From Rhodospirillaceae bacterium (GTDB lineage Bacteria > Pseudomonadota > Gammaproteobacteria > Burkholderiales > SG8-41): a DNA stretch of 57,190 nt. The stretch spans positions 1 through 57,190 of the forward strand of contig JBLNBW010000298.1 in assembly GCA_050260255.1 (NCBI GenBank). The letters run 5' to 3'. The notes beneath the pieces are model-generated. The model searched no databases, was not told where the DNA came from, and saw only the letters and a list, made by a program, of their open reading frames with translations. A program made the position numbers and the translations under genes. Position 1 is the first letter of the stretch. Each line of letters starts with the position of its first letter. Positions 9,801 through 18,837 of the stretch are shown piece after piece.

Positions 9801-11375
9801 ATGCAAGTTCAGCCTTACAGCATAGGGACACCTCAGGTTGTCGCGAACGGCAACGTGTTGGCGGACGAGATCTCGCGCGAGCTCTTCGACCGCGCGGCCA
9901 TCGGCATGGCGCTCGCGGAAGTGGCCACGCGGCGCTTTCTCTGGGTCAATCGCAAGCTTTGCGAGATCACCGGCTACACGAAAGAAGAGCTGCTGCAGCG
10001 GACCGCCGTCGATCTTACGCATCCGGACGATCGCGAAATGGACCGCGTCACGTTCGCTCAGTACCTGCGCGGCGAGATCGATCAGCGCATCGTCGAGAAG
10101 CGCTACATCCGGAAGGACGGCAGCGTCGTGTGGGTACGCATCACGACGAGCATCGTGAACATCCGCGGGCGGCAATGCTCCTACGGCGTCACGGAAGACA
10201 TCTCGGACCGCCGACGCGCCGAGCTCGAGTTGCGCGAAGCCGACCGGCGCAAAGACGAGTTCCTCGCCATGCTCGCGCACGAGCTGCGCAACCCGCTTGC
10301 CGCCATCCGCAACTCCGTCGAAGTGATGCGCGCCTCATGTGGCGGCGACCAGCAGATGGGGCGCGTGCAGGAAATCGTGGATCGCCAATCGCAGCATCTC
10401 GCACGGCTCATCGACGATCTGCTCGACGTCGCGCGCGTCGCGACCGGCAAAGTGGCGCTGCGCAAGCAGCGTCTCGCCGTGGCCGACATCGCCGCCTGCG
10501 CGCTGGAACGCGTGCGCCCGCTGGTCGTCGCGCGGGAGCAGGAGCTGGTCACCCGCATTCCGGCCGAGCCGATACACGTGCTGGGCGACGAGCTGCGCCT
10601 CATACAGATCGTCGACAATCTGCTCAACAATGCCGCGAAGTACACCCACAACAAGGGCCGCATCGAGCTCGCGGTCGAGCGCAGCGGCGGCGAGATTTGC
10701 ATCCGCGTGAGCGATACCGGCGTCGGCATCGCGGCCGACGTGCTTCCCCACGTGTTCGGCCTCTTCAAGCAGGCGGACGGCTCGCTCGCGCGCACGAGCG
10801 GCGGGCTCGGCATAGGGCTCACGATCGTGAAAGACCTGGTGGACATGCACGGCGGCCGCATCAGCGTGCACAGCGTCGTGAACGAAGGCAGCGTCTTCGA
10901 AGTGCGTCTGCCGGAAGCGCCGGCGCCCGTGCTGCCCAAGAGCAAGGAAGGCGCCGAAAACGTCGATCCCATGCACATCCTGATCGTCGAAGACAACGAG
11001 GACGCGGCCGAAAGCCTCGCGTTGCTGCTCGAGCTCGGAGGGCATGCCGTGCATACCGCGCCCGACGGCATGTCCGCGCTCAATATGCTGGAGCACCGCA
11101 CGCCCGACGCGATACTGGTCGACATCGGCCTGCCCGGCATGAGCGGCTACGAGTTCGCGCAGAAAGTGCGAGAAAGCGACCGCGCCGGCCGCACGCTGCT
11201 CGTCGCCATCAGCGGTTACGGCTCGGCCGAAGACAAGGCGAAATCCGCGCAGGCGGGCTTCGACGCGCATCTCGTGAAGCCGGTCGATTTTCGCGCGCTC
11301 GCGACGCTGCTCGCTTCGCACAGCGAATCCGGCACGCCCGGCCGCGGATCCGGGAATGCGATCGCGTCGTTCTGA
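9801..11375 (+). CDS. PAS-containing hybrid sensor histidine kinase/response regulator
   Basis: 524 aa. Contains a PAS domain (ITGYTKEELL...KDGSVVWV) and the H-box FLAMLAHELRNPLAAI. The ATPase motifs are NLLNNAAKY / SDTGVGI / GGLGIGLT. The C-terminal REC domain reads ILIVEDNEDAAE...LVDIGLPGMSGYE...HLVKP. Confidence 0.9.
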   Translation: MQVQPYSIGTPQVVANGNVLADEISRELFDRAAIGMALAEVATRRFLWVNRKLCEITGYTKEELLQRTAVDLTHPDDREMDRVTFAQYLRGEIDQRIVEKRYIRKDGSVVWVRITTSIVNIRGRQCSYGVTEDISDRRRAELELREADRRKDEFLAMLAHELRNPLAAIRNSVEVMRASCGGDQQMGRVQEIVDRQSQHLARLIDDLLDVARVATGKVALRKQRLAVADIAACALERVRPLVVAREQELVTRIPAEPIHVLGDELRLIQIVDNLLNNAAKYTHNKGRIELAVERSGGEICIRVSDTGVGIAADVLPHVFGLFKQADGSLARTSGGLGIGLTIVKDLVDMHGGRISVHSVVNEGSVFEVRLPEAPAPVLPKSKEGAENVDPMHILIVEDNEDAAESLALLLELGGHAVHTAPDGMSALNMLEHRTPDAILVDIGLPGMSGYEFAQKVRESDRAGRTLLVAISGYGSAEDKAKSAQAGFDAHLVKPVDFRALATLLASHSESGTPGRGSGNAIASF

Positions 11376-11379
11376 CGCG

Positions 11380-14169
11380 TCAGCCGGCGCGGGTCCGATC
11401 TTCCGCAGCGGCCACCGGCAGGTGAATCTGCAGCAGGCCGAAAAGCTCGTGCGGATCGACGGGCTTGGTGACGATAGCGCGTAATCCCGTTTTTTTCAGA
11501 TCGGCCCGTGCCAATCCGTCGTTGCGTCCCGTATAGAGGATGACGGGCAGCTCCGGGCGTATCGCCATGAGCTTGCGCGCAAGCTCCATCCCCGTCATGC
11601 GCGGCATCATTTGGTCGGTGATGACGAGATCGCACCGCGCCGTACCGCTCGAGAGCAGCGCCAGCGCATCGACTGCATTCGCGGCCTGCATCACTTCCAG
11701 CCCCCAGCTCTCGAGCAGATCGCCCATGAATGTAGCCACAGCGCGCTCATCGTCGACGACCAGCACGCGGCCGGCGAGGCGCCGCAACGGCGCACGCCGC
11801 GTGGCGGCCGGCCGAACGTCGTCCTCTTCCTGACCATCGGGTAACGCAGGAAACAACACGCAAAAGCGGGTGCCTTTCCCCACCGCCGTCTCGACGACGA
11901 CGTGGCCGCCCAGCTCATGCACGATGCCATGGACGCTCGCGAGCCCCATGCCGCTGCCCTTGCCCACTTCCTTGGTGGTAAAGAACGGCTCGAAGATGCG
12001 GTCTACGATCTCCGGAGCGATGCCGGGCCCGTCGTCCTCTACGCACAGCTGCACGTACTCGCCGCTGCCGCGCTTGCGGCACGCCGTGCACACGTGCTCG
12101 CCCGGCGGCGCAGGCGCAACGCTCACGCGTATGGTGCCCGTGCCAGCAATGGCATCGCGGGCGTTTAAGCAGAGGTTGAGCAGAATCTGGTCGAGCTGCA
12201 CCGGATCGAGCATCACGGCGCACACTTCGCGCTCGAGCTTGAGCTCCATGCCGATGGCTGCGGGCAGCGACGACGAAAAGAGGTTCACTGATTCCGCGAC
12301 GAGCGCCGACAGCGCGACGGGACGCGGCTGCCCGCGCTGACCGCGGCTGAACATCAGCATCTGCTGTATGAGGTCCCGCGCGCGCTCGCACGAGAACTGC
12401 GCCTGCTCGAGATACTTGCGCAGCCGCACCTCGGTCTGCGCGGACGGCTGCTCGGACGCGAGCACGACGTAGCCCATGATGCTCGTGAGCAGGTTGTTGA
12501 AGTCGTGCGCGATGCCGCCGGTGAGATGACCCAGCGCTTCCATCTTCTGCGCCTGCCGCAGCGCCTGCTCGGCATGCTTGCGCTCGGTGATCTCACGCGT
12601 GAACGCGAGCAGCCGGCGCCTGCCCGCGATCACCGCAGGGCGCAGCACCACTTCATCCCAATGCAGGCTGCCATCCTTGTTGCGCCGGTGCCATTCCATG
12701 CGCACCGTGTGGCCGGCCTTCGCCTCCTGCAGCCGCTTCGCCGCTTCCGCCGCAGTGTACGGGTGCTCGCCGGAGCTCACCTCGGCGATGGAAAGGCGCC
12801 TGAACTCCTCGTGGCTATAGCCGTACACCTCGCACGCGCGCTGGTTCACGTCGATCAGCGCGCCGCTGTCCCAGTCGTGCACGAAGATCGCGTCCTCGCT
12901 TGCTTCGAAGATCGCGCGGTAGCTCGCTTCCGATGCGCGCAGCGTTTCCTCGGCGCGCTGGCGCTCGAGCTCCGCGGCGGCACGCACGGCGAAGATCTTC
13001 AGTATCGACTCGACGAACTCGGCGTTCATCATCTTCGCGCGCGACACGACCGAGATGATGCCCAGCGGGTCGCCGTTCCCGCCGCGCAGCGGGAAGCCTG
13101 CGTAGCTTTCGAATCCCATGCGCTTGAAATCGACGTCCGCGGGAAACAGCTCGCTCACGGCCGACGGATAAATGCGAAACGATTGACCCATCACCGTCTC
13201 GCACGGCGTGCCGGCGAGCGGATAATCGAAGTTCTCGCGCACTTCGCCGTCGAGAAAAAATGCGTGCATGCGCATGTGGCACTGATCGCCGCCTTCGGGC
13301 CACGGCGCTGCGATGAATGCCGCCTCCATCCCGAGGATCGTCGCGAGGTAGCGTACGAGTTCCTGGAACACCGTCGCGCCTTGTGCACTGGAGACGGCGA
13401 GCGCCGCGCTGGTGAGGGCGTCCTGGGTGCGCTTGCGGTCGGTGATGTCGGTGGCGATGCCGCATATCGCGTACGGCTCGCCGTCGGCGCCGAACAACGG
13501 AAACTTGAAGGACAGGAACGTGCGCTGCTGGTGCGCGACCTCCGCCCCCACTTCGAATTCGATCGCGCTGCGCTCTCGCAGCACCTGCGCGTCGTTCGCG
13601 CGGAAATGCTGCGCGACTTCCGGCGGCCACAGCTCGTGATCGGTATGCCCCACGATCTGCTCGGCCGGCACGCGTACGACGCGCTCCAGCTCGCGATTGG
13701 CGAAGACGTAGCGGCCTTCCAGGTCCTTCACGAATATGACGGCCTTGGTGTGATCGAGCACATCCTGCAGCCGCGACAGACTCTCGGGCTTGATCCACCC
13801 GGCCTGCTGCAAGTTGGAAAGGTCGTGCACGTGCGCGACGAGCGTATCGTTCGCCGTGGCCGAAAGATGCACGAGCGCATGGACGCGCCGGCCGCCGGCA
13901 TTGCGAAATTGCCACGGGAACCACTGCGGCAAACCACTCTTCGCGGCCTGCGTGCGCCGTTGCCAGCGCTCGCGCGAGAACGCGCCGTCCGCCTGCACCT
14001 GCGGACAGACCTCGAGCAACGGCCGGCCGACGAGCGCCTCGCGGGCCTGCCCCATCATGCGGCAGAAGCGCTCGTTGCACGCCTGGACGGTATCGCCGAG
14101 CACGACGAGGCCGTGTGTGGCTATGCGGAGCGGCGCCTCCGTCATGTCGCGATCATCGGTGCGATTCAC
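11380..14169 (-). CDS. multi-PAS/GAF hybrid sensor histidine kinase/response regulator
   Basis: 929 aa with several PAS-like blocks (FVKDLEGRYVFAN..., IFVHDWDSGALIDVN...) and a GAF-like block. The H-box is GGIAHDFNNLLT and the ATPase motifs are EDDGPGI / GSGMGLA. The C-terminal REC domain reads VLVVDDERAV...ITDQMMPRMTG. Converges on the previous kinase with a 4-bp gap. Confidence 0.9.
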   Translation of the reverse strand: MNRTDDRDMTEAPLRIATHGLVVLGDTVQACNERFCRMMGQAREALVGRPLLEVCPQVQADGAFSRERWQRRTQAAKSGLPQWFPWQFRNAGGRRVHALVHLSATANDTLVAHVHDLSNLQQAGWIKPESLSRLQDVLDHTKAVIFVKDLEGRYVFANRELERVVRVPAEQIVGHTDHELWPPEVAQHFRANDAQVLRERSAIEFEVGAEVAHQQRTFLSFKFPLFGADGEPYAICGIATDITDRKRTQDALTSAALAVSSAQGATVFQELVRYLATILGMEAAFIAAPWPEGGDQCHMRMHAFFLDGEVRENFDYPLAGTPCETVMGQSFRIYPSAVSELFPADVDFKRMGFESYAGFPLRGGNGDPLGIISVVSRAKMMNAEFVESILKIFAVRAAAELERQRAEETLRASEASYRAIFEASEDAIFVHDWDSGALIDVNQRACEVYGYSHEEFRRLSIAEVSSGEHPYTAAEAAKRLQEAKAGHTVRMEWHRRNKDGSLHWDEVVLRPAVIAGRRRLLAFTREITERKHAEQALRQAQKMEALGHLTGGIAHDFNNLLTSIMGYVVLASEQPSAQTEVRLRKYLEQAQFSCERARDLIQQMLMFSRGQRGQPRPVALSALVAESVNLFSSSLPAAIGMELKLEREVCAVMLDPVQLDQILLNLCLNARDAIAGTGTIRVSVAPAPPGEHVCTACRKRGSGEYVQLCVEDDGPGIAPEIVDRIFEPFFTTKEVGKGSGMGLASVHGIVHELGGHVVVETAVGKGTRFCVLFPALPDGQEEDDVRPAATRRAPLRRLAGRVLVVDDERAVATFMGDLLESWGLEVMQAANAVDALALLSSGTARCDLVITDQMMPRMTGMELARKLMAIRPELPVILYTGRNDGLARADLKKTGLRAIVTKPVDPHELFGLLQIHLPVAAAEDRTRAG

Positions 14170-14279
14170 GGTTCACGAAGGAAATCACGAGTCACGCCAG
14201 CAGTATAGGCACGAGGCGCGCCTGCCCGCGTAACTGTTACACGGCTGAAACGTACCGATACGAGCCCGAAAAAGAAGGG

Positions 14280-14984
14280 TCAGGGAACGAACATGTAGCC
14301 GGCGCCGCGCACCGTGCGCAGCGCCCGCGGCTGCTCCGGATCGGCCTCGACCTTGCGCCTTAGCCGCGCAATCCGGATGTCGATGGAGCGGTCGAACGGC
14401 TCCCACTCGCGATTGCGCGTGAGCGTGAGGATCTGGTCGCGCGTGAGCACCTTGTTCGGATGGTCCGTGAAGAGCTTGAGCAGCTCGAACTCCATGCTGG
14501 TGAGCGGCACTTCCTGACCGTTCGCATCGAGCAGGCGATGCGCCGCAACGTCGAGAAAGCAGCGGCCGACGGGGACGTGCGCCGAAGACGTCGCCTCGGG
14601 CTGCGCCGCGCGCGACTGCATCCGCCGCATCACGCTCTTCAGACGTGCAAGGAGCTCGCGCGGATCGAAAGGCTTGGTAATGTAATCGTCGGCGCCGATT
14701 TCGAGACCGACGACGCGGTCGACCACCTCGCCAGCAGCGGTAACCATGATGATGCCGACGTCGTGACGCTCGCGAAGATGGCGTGCGAGGGTGAGGCCGT
14801 CTTCGCCCGGCAGGCGCACGTCGAGCAGCACGACGGTCGCACGATGATGCGCCATGATGTCGCGCATCTCCGCGCCGCAGCCTGCCTGGTGCACTTCGTA
14901 GCCGTGGCCTTGGAGATACTCCGCGATCATCTCGCGCACGTTGCGGTCATCTTCGACGATCAGAACGCAGCCGTTGTTCGCCAT
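14280..14984 (-). CDS. OmpR/PhoB-family response regulator
   Basis: 234 aa. The REC domain reads VLIVEDDRNVRE...LLDVRLPGEDG...DDYITKPF. The winged-helix C-terminus reads LTSMEFELLKLF...VLTRDQIL...DRSIDIRIARLRRK...IRTVRGAGY. Confidence 0.9.
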   Translation of the reverse strand: MANNGCVLIVEDDRNVREMIAEYLQGHGYEVHQAGCGAEMRDIMAHHRATVVLLDVRLPGEDGLTLARHLRERHDVGIIMVTAAGEVVDRVVGLEIGADDYITKPFDPRELLARLKSVMRRMQSRAAQPEATSSAHVPVGRCFLDVAAHRLLDANGQEVPLTSMEFELLKLFTDHPNKVLTRDQILTLTRNREWEPFDRSIDIRIARLRRKVEADPEQPRALRTVRGAGYMFVP

Positions 14985-15152
14985 GGCGGTCTCCCCGGGG
15001 AGCGAAATTTTATATCGCTTTAGCCGCTACAGACCAGAAACAAACTGTTTCACCGCTGACATCGCCCCGATACCGGCGCTGCCTAGACTGCGAATCATCG
15101 AGAAAGCGGCAAGCCGCCGCGATCCGAGACCAGCCGAGAAAAGGAGCGACTA

Positions 15153-16127
15153 ATGCAAAATGCAGTCCTGCTTCAAACCCATGCAAGTTTCGACGGCGAT
15201 TTGCCGGCCGCGCGCCGTTACGCTCAATGCATCGAAGTCTCCAAGCGTGTGCGCTGGGACATCGACCGCGATGTGATCCGCGGGCGCACGTTCGACTTCG
15301 ATCGCAAGTTCCTGCCCGACGGCCTGTCGAAGATCGCCGAGCTCGATTTCCTGAGCGCCGAAGAGCGGCGGTTCCTCTCGCATATTCAGGGGCGCACTTA
15401 CGCCAACATGTTCGGCATGGTGGAGCGATACATCGGAGCCAAGATGCTGGAGGTGGCGCAAAGCCACAGCCTGGGCGACCAGACGGCGCTCGAGGCCCTG
15501 GTGCGCTTCACCGACGAGGAGCTCAAGCACCAGGAGCTCTTCCGCCGCATCGAGCGGCTGGCAGCCCGCGGCATGCCTGCAGGCTACGTTTTCCGGCCAC
15601 GGGCGAATGACGTCGCAAGCGTGGTGCTCGGCAAGTCCACCTGGGCGGTGCTCGCCGTCACGTGCATGATCGAGCTCTTTACCCAGACCCATTACCGGGC
15701 GAGCATCGGCCGCGACACCGGTCTTTCCGAGCTCTACAAGGACGTGTTCCTGTTCCACTGGCGCGAAGAATCGCAGCACGCGATCCTGGATGAACTCGAG
15801 TGGCGACGCCACGATGCAACGCTCACCGACGCGGAACGCGACGCCGCCGTGAACGACCTCATCGCGCTGGTGGCGGCCTTCGACGGCGTGGTCGAGCAGC
15901 AGGCCGACGCGGACGCAAGCTACTTCCTTGCTTCGTGCGGCCGCGCGCTGTCCGTGGAGCAGTCCCGACGTGTGCGGGGCACCGTCCTCAAAGCGTACCG
16001 CTGGCAATACATTCTGTCCGGCGTGCAGGAGCAACGATTCCACGATCTGCTCGAAGCGCTCACCACGCCGGAGCAGCGTGCACGTATCGGCGAAGCCCTG
16101 GTGCCCCTCGTCGAAAGCCAGAGCTGA
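15153..16127 (+). CDS. ferritin-like diiron-carboxylate protein (AurF-like oxygenase fold)
   Basis: 324 aa with AAAGGAG upstream. Two ExxH motifs (DEELKHQE and WREESQHAILDE) plus upstream acidic helices (SAEERRFLSHIQG, MIELFTQTHY) are typical of diiron oxygenases. Family assignment is from motifs only. Confidence 0.65.
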   Translation: MQNAVLLQTHASFDGDLPAARRYAQCIEVSKRVRWDIDRDVIRGRTFDFDRKFLPDGLSKIAELDFLSAEERRFLSHIQGRTYANMFGMVERYIGAKMLEVAQSHSLGDQTALEALVRFTDEELKHQELFRRIERLAARGMPAGYVFRPRANDVASVVLGKSTWAVLAVTCMIELFTQTHYRASIGRDTGLSELYKDVFLFHWREESQHAILDELEWRRHDATLTDAERDAAVNDLIALVAAFDGVVEQQADADASYFLASCGRALSVEQSRRVRGTVLKAYRWQYILSGVQEQRFHDLLEALTTPEQRARIGEALVPLVESQS

Positions 16128-16152
16128 CATCAACCCTGTCGAGAGCCCCGTC

Positions 16153-16503
16153 ATGCATCGCCTGCAATGGCTGTCGCAATCGGCCCGGACCTTCGGGCCT
16201 TATCTGCTGATCGAAATGCTGCTGCCCGGTGGAACGCTGTTCGCGCTCCTGCTGTGGCTGTCGCAGCGCATGCGCCAGCAGCGCGCCATGCCGTGGCAGG
16301 CGATGGCACAATCGGCTCCGACGGCACTCGTCCAACCTCGCGACATGCCACACCCTCTTCTTCACACAGGAGGAAACATCGATGCAACACGTGCTGCTTC
16401 CCGCCGCGCTCTGTGCTCTGTCCGTGCTGCCGCTCGCCGCTGGTGCCGCGCAAGGCGACCCGGCCCGATCCCAGCAGATAGACCGAGGCAGATATCTGGT
16501 TAA
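16153..16503 (+). CDS. possible small membrane protein (uncertain end)
   Basis: ATG lies 25 nt after the diiron gene. MHRLQWLSQSARTFGPYLLIEMLLPGGTLFALLLWLSQRMRQQR has one clear TM segment. The distal half overlaps the cytochrome c gene and looks like out-of-frame sequence. Confidence 0.3.
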   Translation: MHRLQWLSQSARTFGPYLLIEMLLPGGTLFALLLWLSQRMRQQRAMPWQAMAQSAPTALVQPRDMPHPLLHTGGNIDATRAASRRALCSVRAAARRWCRARRPGPIPADRPRQISG

Positions 16504-16870
16504 AATCGCCGGCTGCAACGACTGCCACACGCCCGGCTATGCGCAAACCGGAGGGAAGGTGCCGGAAGCGCAATGGCTCACGGGCGATGCGCTGGGCTGG
16601 CGCGGCCCCTGGGGCACGACGTATCCGGCTAACCTGCGCATTTACATGTCCGGCCTGTCCGAGACGCAATGGGTGCAGCGCGCGAAGACGATGGAAACGC
16701 GCCCGCCGATGCCCTGGTTCGCCTTGCGCGACATGAGCGAGCAGGACTTGAAGGCGCTCTATCACTATGTGCGCTCGCTGGGTCCGGGCGGCAAGGCAGC
16801 GCCGGCTTACGTGCCCCCCGGCAAGGAGCCGCGCACGCCGTACGTGCAGTTCCCGGGATCACCGCAGTAA
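16382..16870 (+). CDS. monoheme c-type cytochrome, exported
   Basis: Internal ATG of ORF 16229..16870. The signal peptide is MQHVLLPAALCALSVLPLAAGAAQG. A heme-binding CNDCH (CxxCH) motif is present, with a downstream PPMPWF segment as a candidate Met ligand region. Confidence 0.8.
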   Translation: MQHVLLPAALCALSVLPLAAGAAQGDPARSQQIDRGRYLVKIAGCNDCHTPGYAQTGGKVPEAQWLTGDALGWRGPWGTTYPANLRIYMSGLSETQWVQRAKTMETRPPMPWFALRDMSEQDLKALYHYVRSLGPGGKAAPAYVPPGKEPRTPYVQFPGSPQ

Positions 16871-16887
16871 AACGCAACGAGGAGCAT

Positions 16888-17844
16888 ATGAACAAGAGTG
16901 GAACCAGCCCGGCGGCATTGCTGGAGAAGATGATGCTCGTGCGGGCCTTCGAAGATCAGAATCGCGCCCTGGTCGCTGCCGGCAAAGGTGCCGGCACCTG
17001 CACCTCGACCGGCCAGGAAGCGGCGGCCGTGGGCGCCGTGTGTGCGCTCACCTGCGACGACTACATACTCACCAATCATCGAAGCGCGGGACATCTGCTC
17101 GCACGTGGTGCGGACCCCGGGCGGCTGCTCGCGGAGATCCTGGGCAAGGCGACCGGCTACTGCAAGGGCAAGAGCGGCTCGCTGCACATTTCTGTGAAAG
17201 AGCTGGGCGTGGTCCTCACCTCGACCATCGTCGGCGGGGAGCTTTCGCTCGCCACCGGCGTCGCGCTCTCGGTGGCGATGGAGAAAAAGCGCGGCATCGT
17301 CGCCTGCTTTTTCGGCGACGGCGCGGCGTGCGAAGGGATATTCCACGAGTCGGTGAATCTTGCGGCCGTGTGGCAGCTGCCCGTCCTCTACCTGTGCGAG
17401 AACAACCAATGGCAGGCGTACGTCCACCGGAAGGAAACGATGCTGGTAGACAGCATCGCGACACGCGCCTCGGGATACGGCATCGAAGGCGTTACGGTAG
17501 ACGGCAACGACGTGCGGGCGGTGTACGCCGCAACGCGCGAGGCCGCCGAGAAGGTGCGCAGGACGCGCAAGCCGATGCTGCTCGAGCTCGCCACCTATCG
17601 CCTCAAAGGTCATTACGAGCCGGATGATCAGTCGTACGTCGATCCGAGCGAGCTCGCCGCGTGGTCGCGCCGCGATCCGATCGAGATGGCAAAGGCCGCG
17701 CTGCTGAAGGAAGGCCTGGTCACGCCTACCGATATAGAGCTCATGCAGGCGCGCACGCGCAAAGCCGTCGAGGAAGCGCTCGCGTACGCACAGCGCTCGC
17801 CGTTTCCCGATGCGAGCGAGCTCAACACCGACGTATATGCCTGA
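16888..17844 (+). CDS. TPP-dependent 2-oxoacid/acetoin dehydrogenase E1 component, alpha subunit
   Basis: GGAG lies 4 nt upstream of the ATG. MLVRAFEDQ...STGQEA...LTNHRSAGHLLARG...GKSGSLH and the TPP motif FFGDGAACEGIFHESVNLAAVWQLPVLYLCENNQW are present. Confidence 0.9.
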   Translation: MNKSGTSPAALLEKMMLVRAFEDQNRALVAAGKGAGTCTSTGQEAAAVGAVCALTCDDYILTNHRSAGHLLARGADPGRLLAEILGKATGYCKGKSGSLHISVKELGVVLTSTIVGGELSLATGVALSVAMEKKRGIVACFFGDGAACEGIFHESVNLAAVWQLPVLYLCENNQWQAYVHRKETMLVDSIATRASGYGIEGVTVDGNDVRAVYAATREAAEKVRRTRKPMLLELATYRLKGHYEPDDQSYVDPSELAAWSRRDPIEMAKAALLKEGLVTPTDIELMQARTRKAVEEALAYAQRSPFPDASELNTDVYA

Positions 17845-17854
17845 GGACACCGCC

Positions 17855-18820
17855 ATGCCGCAAATGAACGTCAACGAAGCGATAGGGCTCGCGCTCGCCG
17901 AAGAGATGCGCCGGGACAGCCGCATCCTCATGTTCGGCGAAGGGGTCGCCACCAAGCGCGCGGATCTCGTGAAGGAATTCGGCGCCCAGCGCGTGCGCAA
18001 CACGCCGCTTGCCGAGGGCATCATCGCGGGCACCGCGGTCGGGGCCGCCGCCACGGGTCTGCGCCCGGTGGTCGATCTGCTGTTCGTGCCCTTTCTCACC
18101 TACGCCATGGATGAGATCGTCAACAGCGCGGGCAAGCTGCGCTATATCTCGGGCGGCCAGTTCTCCTTTCCGCTGGTCGTCATGGCGATGACCGGCACCG
18201 GGTGGACGGTCGGTGCTCAACACAATCACAACCTCGAGGCGTGGTTCGTGCACAGCCCGGGGCTCAAGGTCGTCATGCCCTCCACCCCCGAGGATTACTA
18301 CGGCCTGCTCAAGTCCGCCATACGCGACGACAATCCCGTGATGTTCTTCACCGACATGACGCAAGGCTACGAGCAAGGCATGGTGACGCCGAGCGAGCAC
18401 GGCATCCCGCTGGGCACGGCTGCCGTGCGGCGCGTCGGCAAGGACGTCACCATCGTCTCGTACTCGAAGGCCGTTCACGCATGCGTCAAGGCGGCGCAGT
18501 TGCTCGAAGCCGCAAACATCTCCGCCGAAGTAGTCGATCTGCGCACCTTGAAGCCCCTCGACGAGGGCACGGTCCTCGCATCGGTGCGCAAGACCGGCCG
18601 CGTGCTCATCGTCCACGAGGCAAGCGGCATGTGCGGCGTAGGCGCGGAGATCGCAGCGCTGGTGGCGGAGAAGGCGTTTCGTGCGCTGAAGGCGCCGGTG
18701 ATGCGACTTACGGGCCCGGATGCGCCCACGCCGTCGAGCTACGCGCTCGAGCAGGCTTATCTGCCGCAGCCGGAAGGCATCGTTGCCGCCGTGCGCACGC
18801 TCCTCACGTCGGAGCGGTAA
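17855..18820 (+). CDS. TPP-dependent dehydrogenase E1 component, beta subunit
   Basis: Starts 10 nt after the alpha-subunit stop. MNVNEAIGLALAEEMRRDSRILMFGEGV...VRNTPLAEGIIAGTAVGAA...AQHNHNLEAWFVHSPGLKVVMPSTPEDYYGLLKSAIRDDNPVMF is transketolase-like pyrimidine-binding and C-terminal domain sequence. Confidence 0.9.
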   Translation: MPQMNVNEAIGLALAEEMRRDSRILMFGEGVATKRADLVKEFGAQRVRNTPLAEGIIAGTAVGAAATGLRPVVDLLFVPFLTYAMDEIVNSAGKLRYISGGQFSFPLVVMAMTGTGWTVGAQHNHNLEAWFVHSPGLKVVMPSTPEDYYGLLKSAIRDDNPVMFFTDMTQGYEQGMVTPSEHGIPLGTAAVRRVGKDVTIVSYSKAVHACVKAAQLLEAANISAEVVDLRTLKPLDEGTVLASVRKTGRVLIVHEASGMCGVGAEIAALVAEKAFRALKAPVMRLTGPDAPTPSSYALEQAYLPQPEGIVAAVRTLLTSER

Positions 18821-18837
18821 CGGACGGCGGCGGCGAG

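Noticed and set aside
9557-11425. 622-aa plus-strand ORF overlapping the hybrid kinase in another frame.
   Set aside because: It is extremely Arg/Ala-rich (RRRARR runs). The +1 alternative (9801..11375) has complete PAS, HisKA, HATPase and REC motifs.
12505-14208. 567-aa plus-strand ORF, and the 421-aa minus-strand ORF 12815..14080.
   Set aside because: These are shadow frames of the 929-aa hybrid kinase and contain no motifs. The kinase frame explains the region.
15150-18099. Long minus-strand ORFs 15150..16154 and 16807..18099.
   Set aside because: They are antisense to the diiron protein and the E1 alpha/beta genes, with shadow-frame composition.
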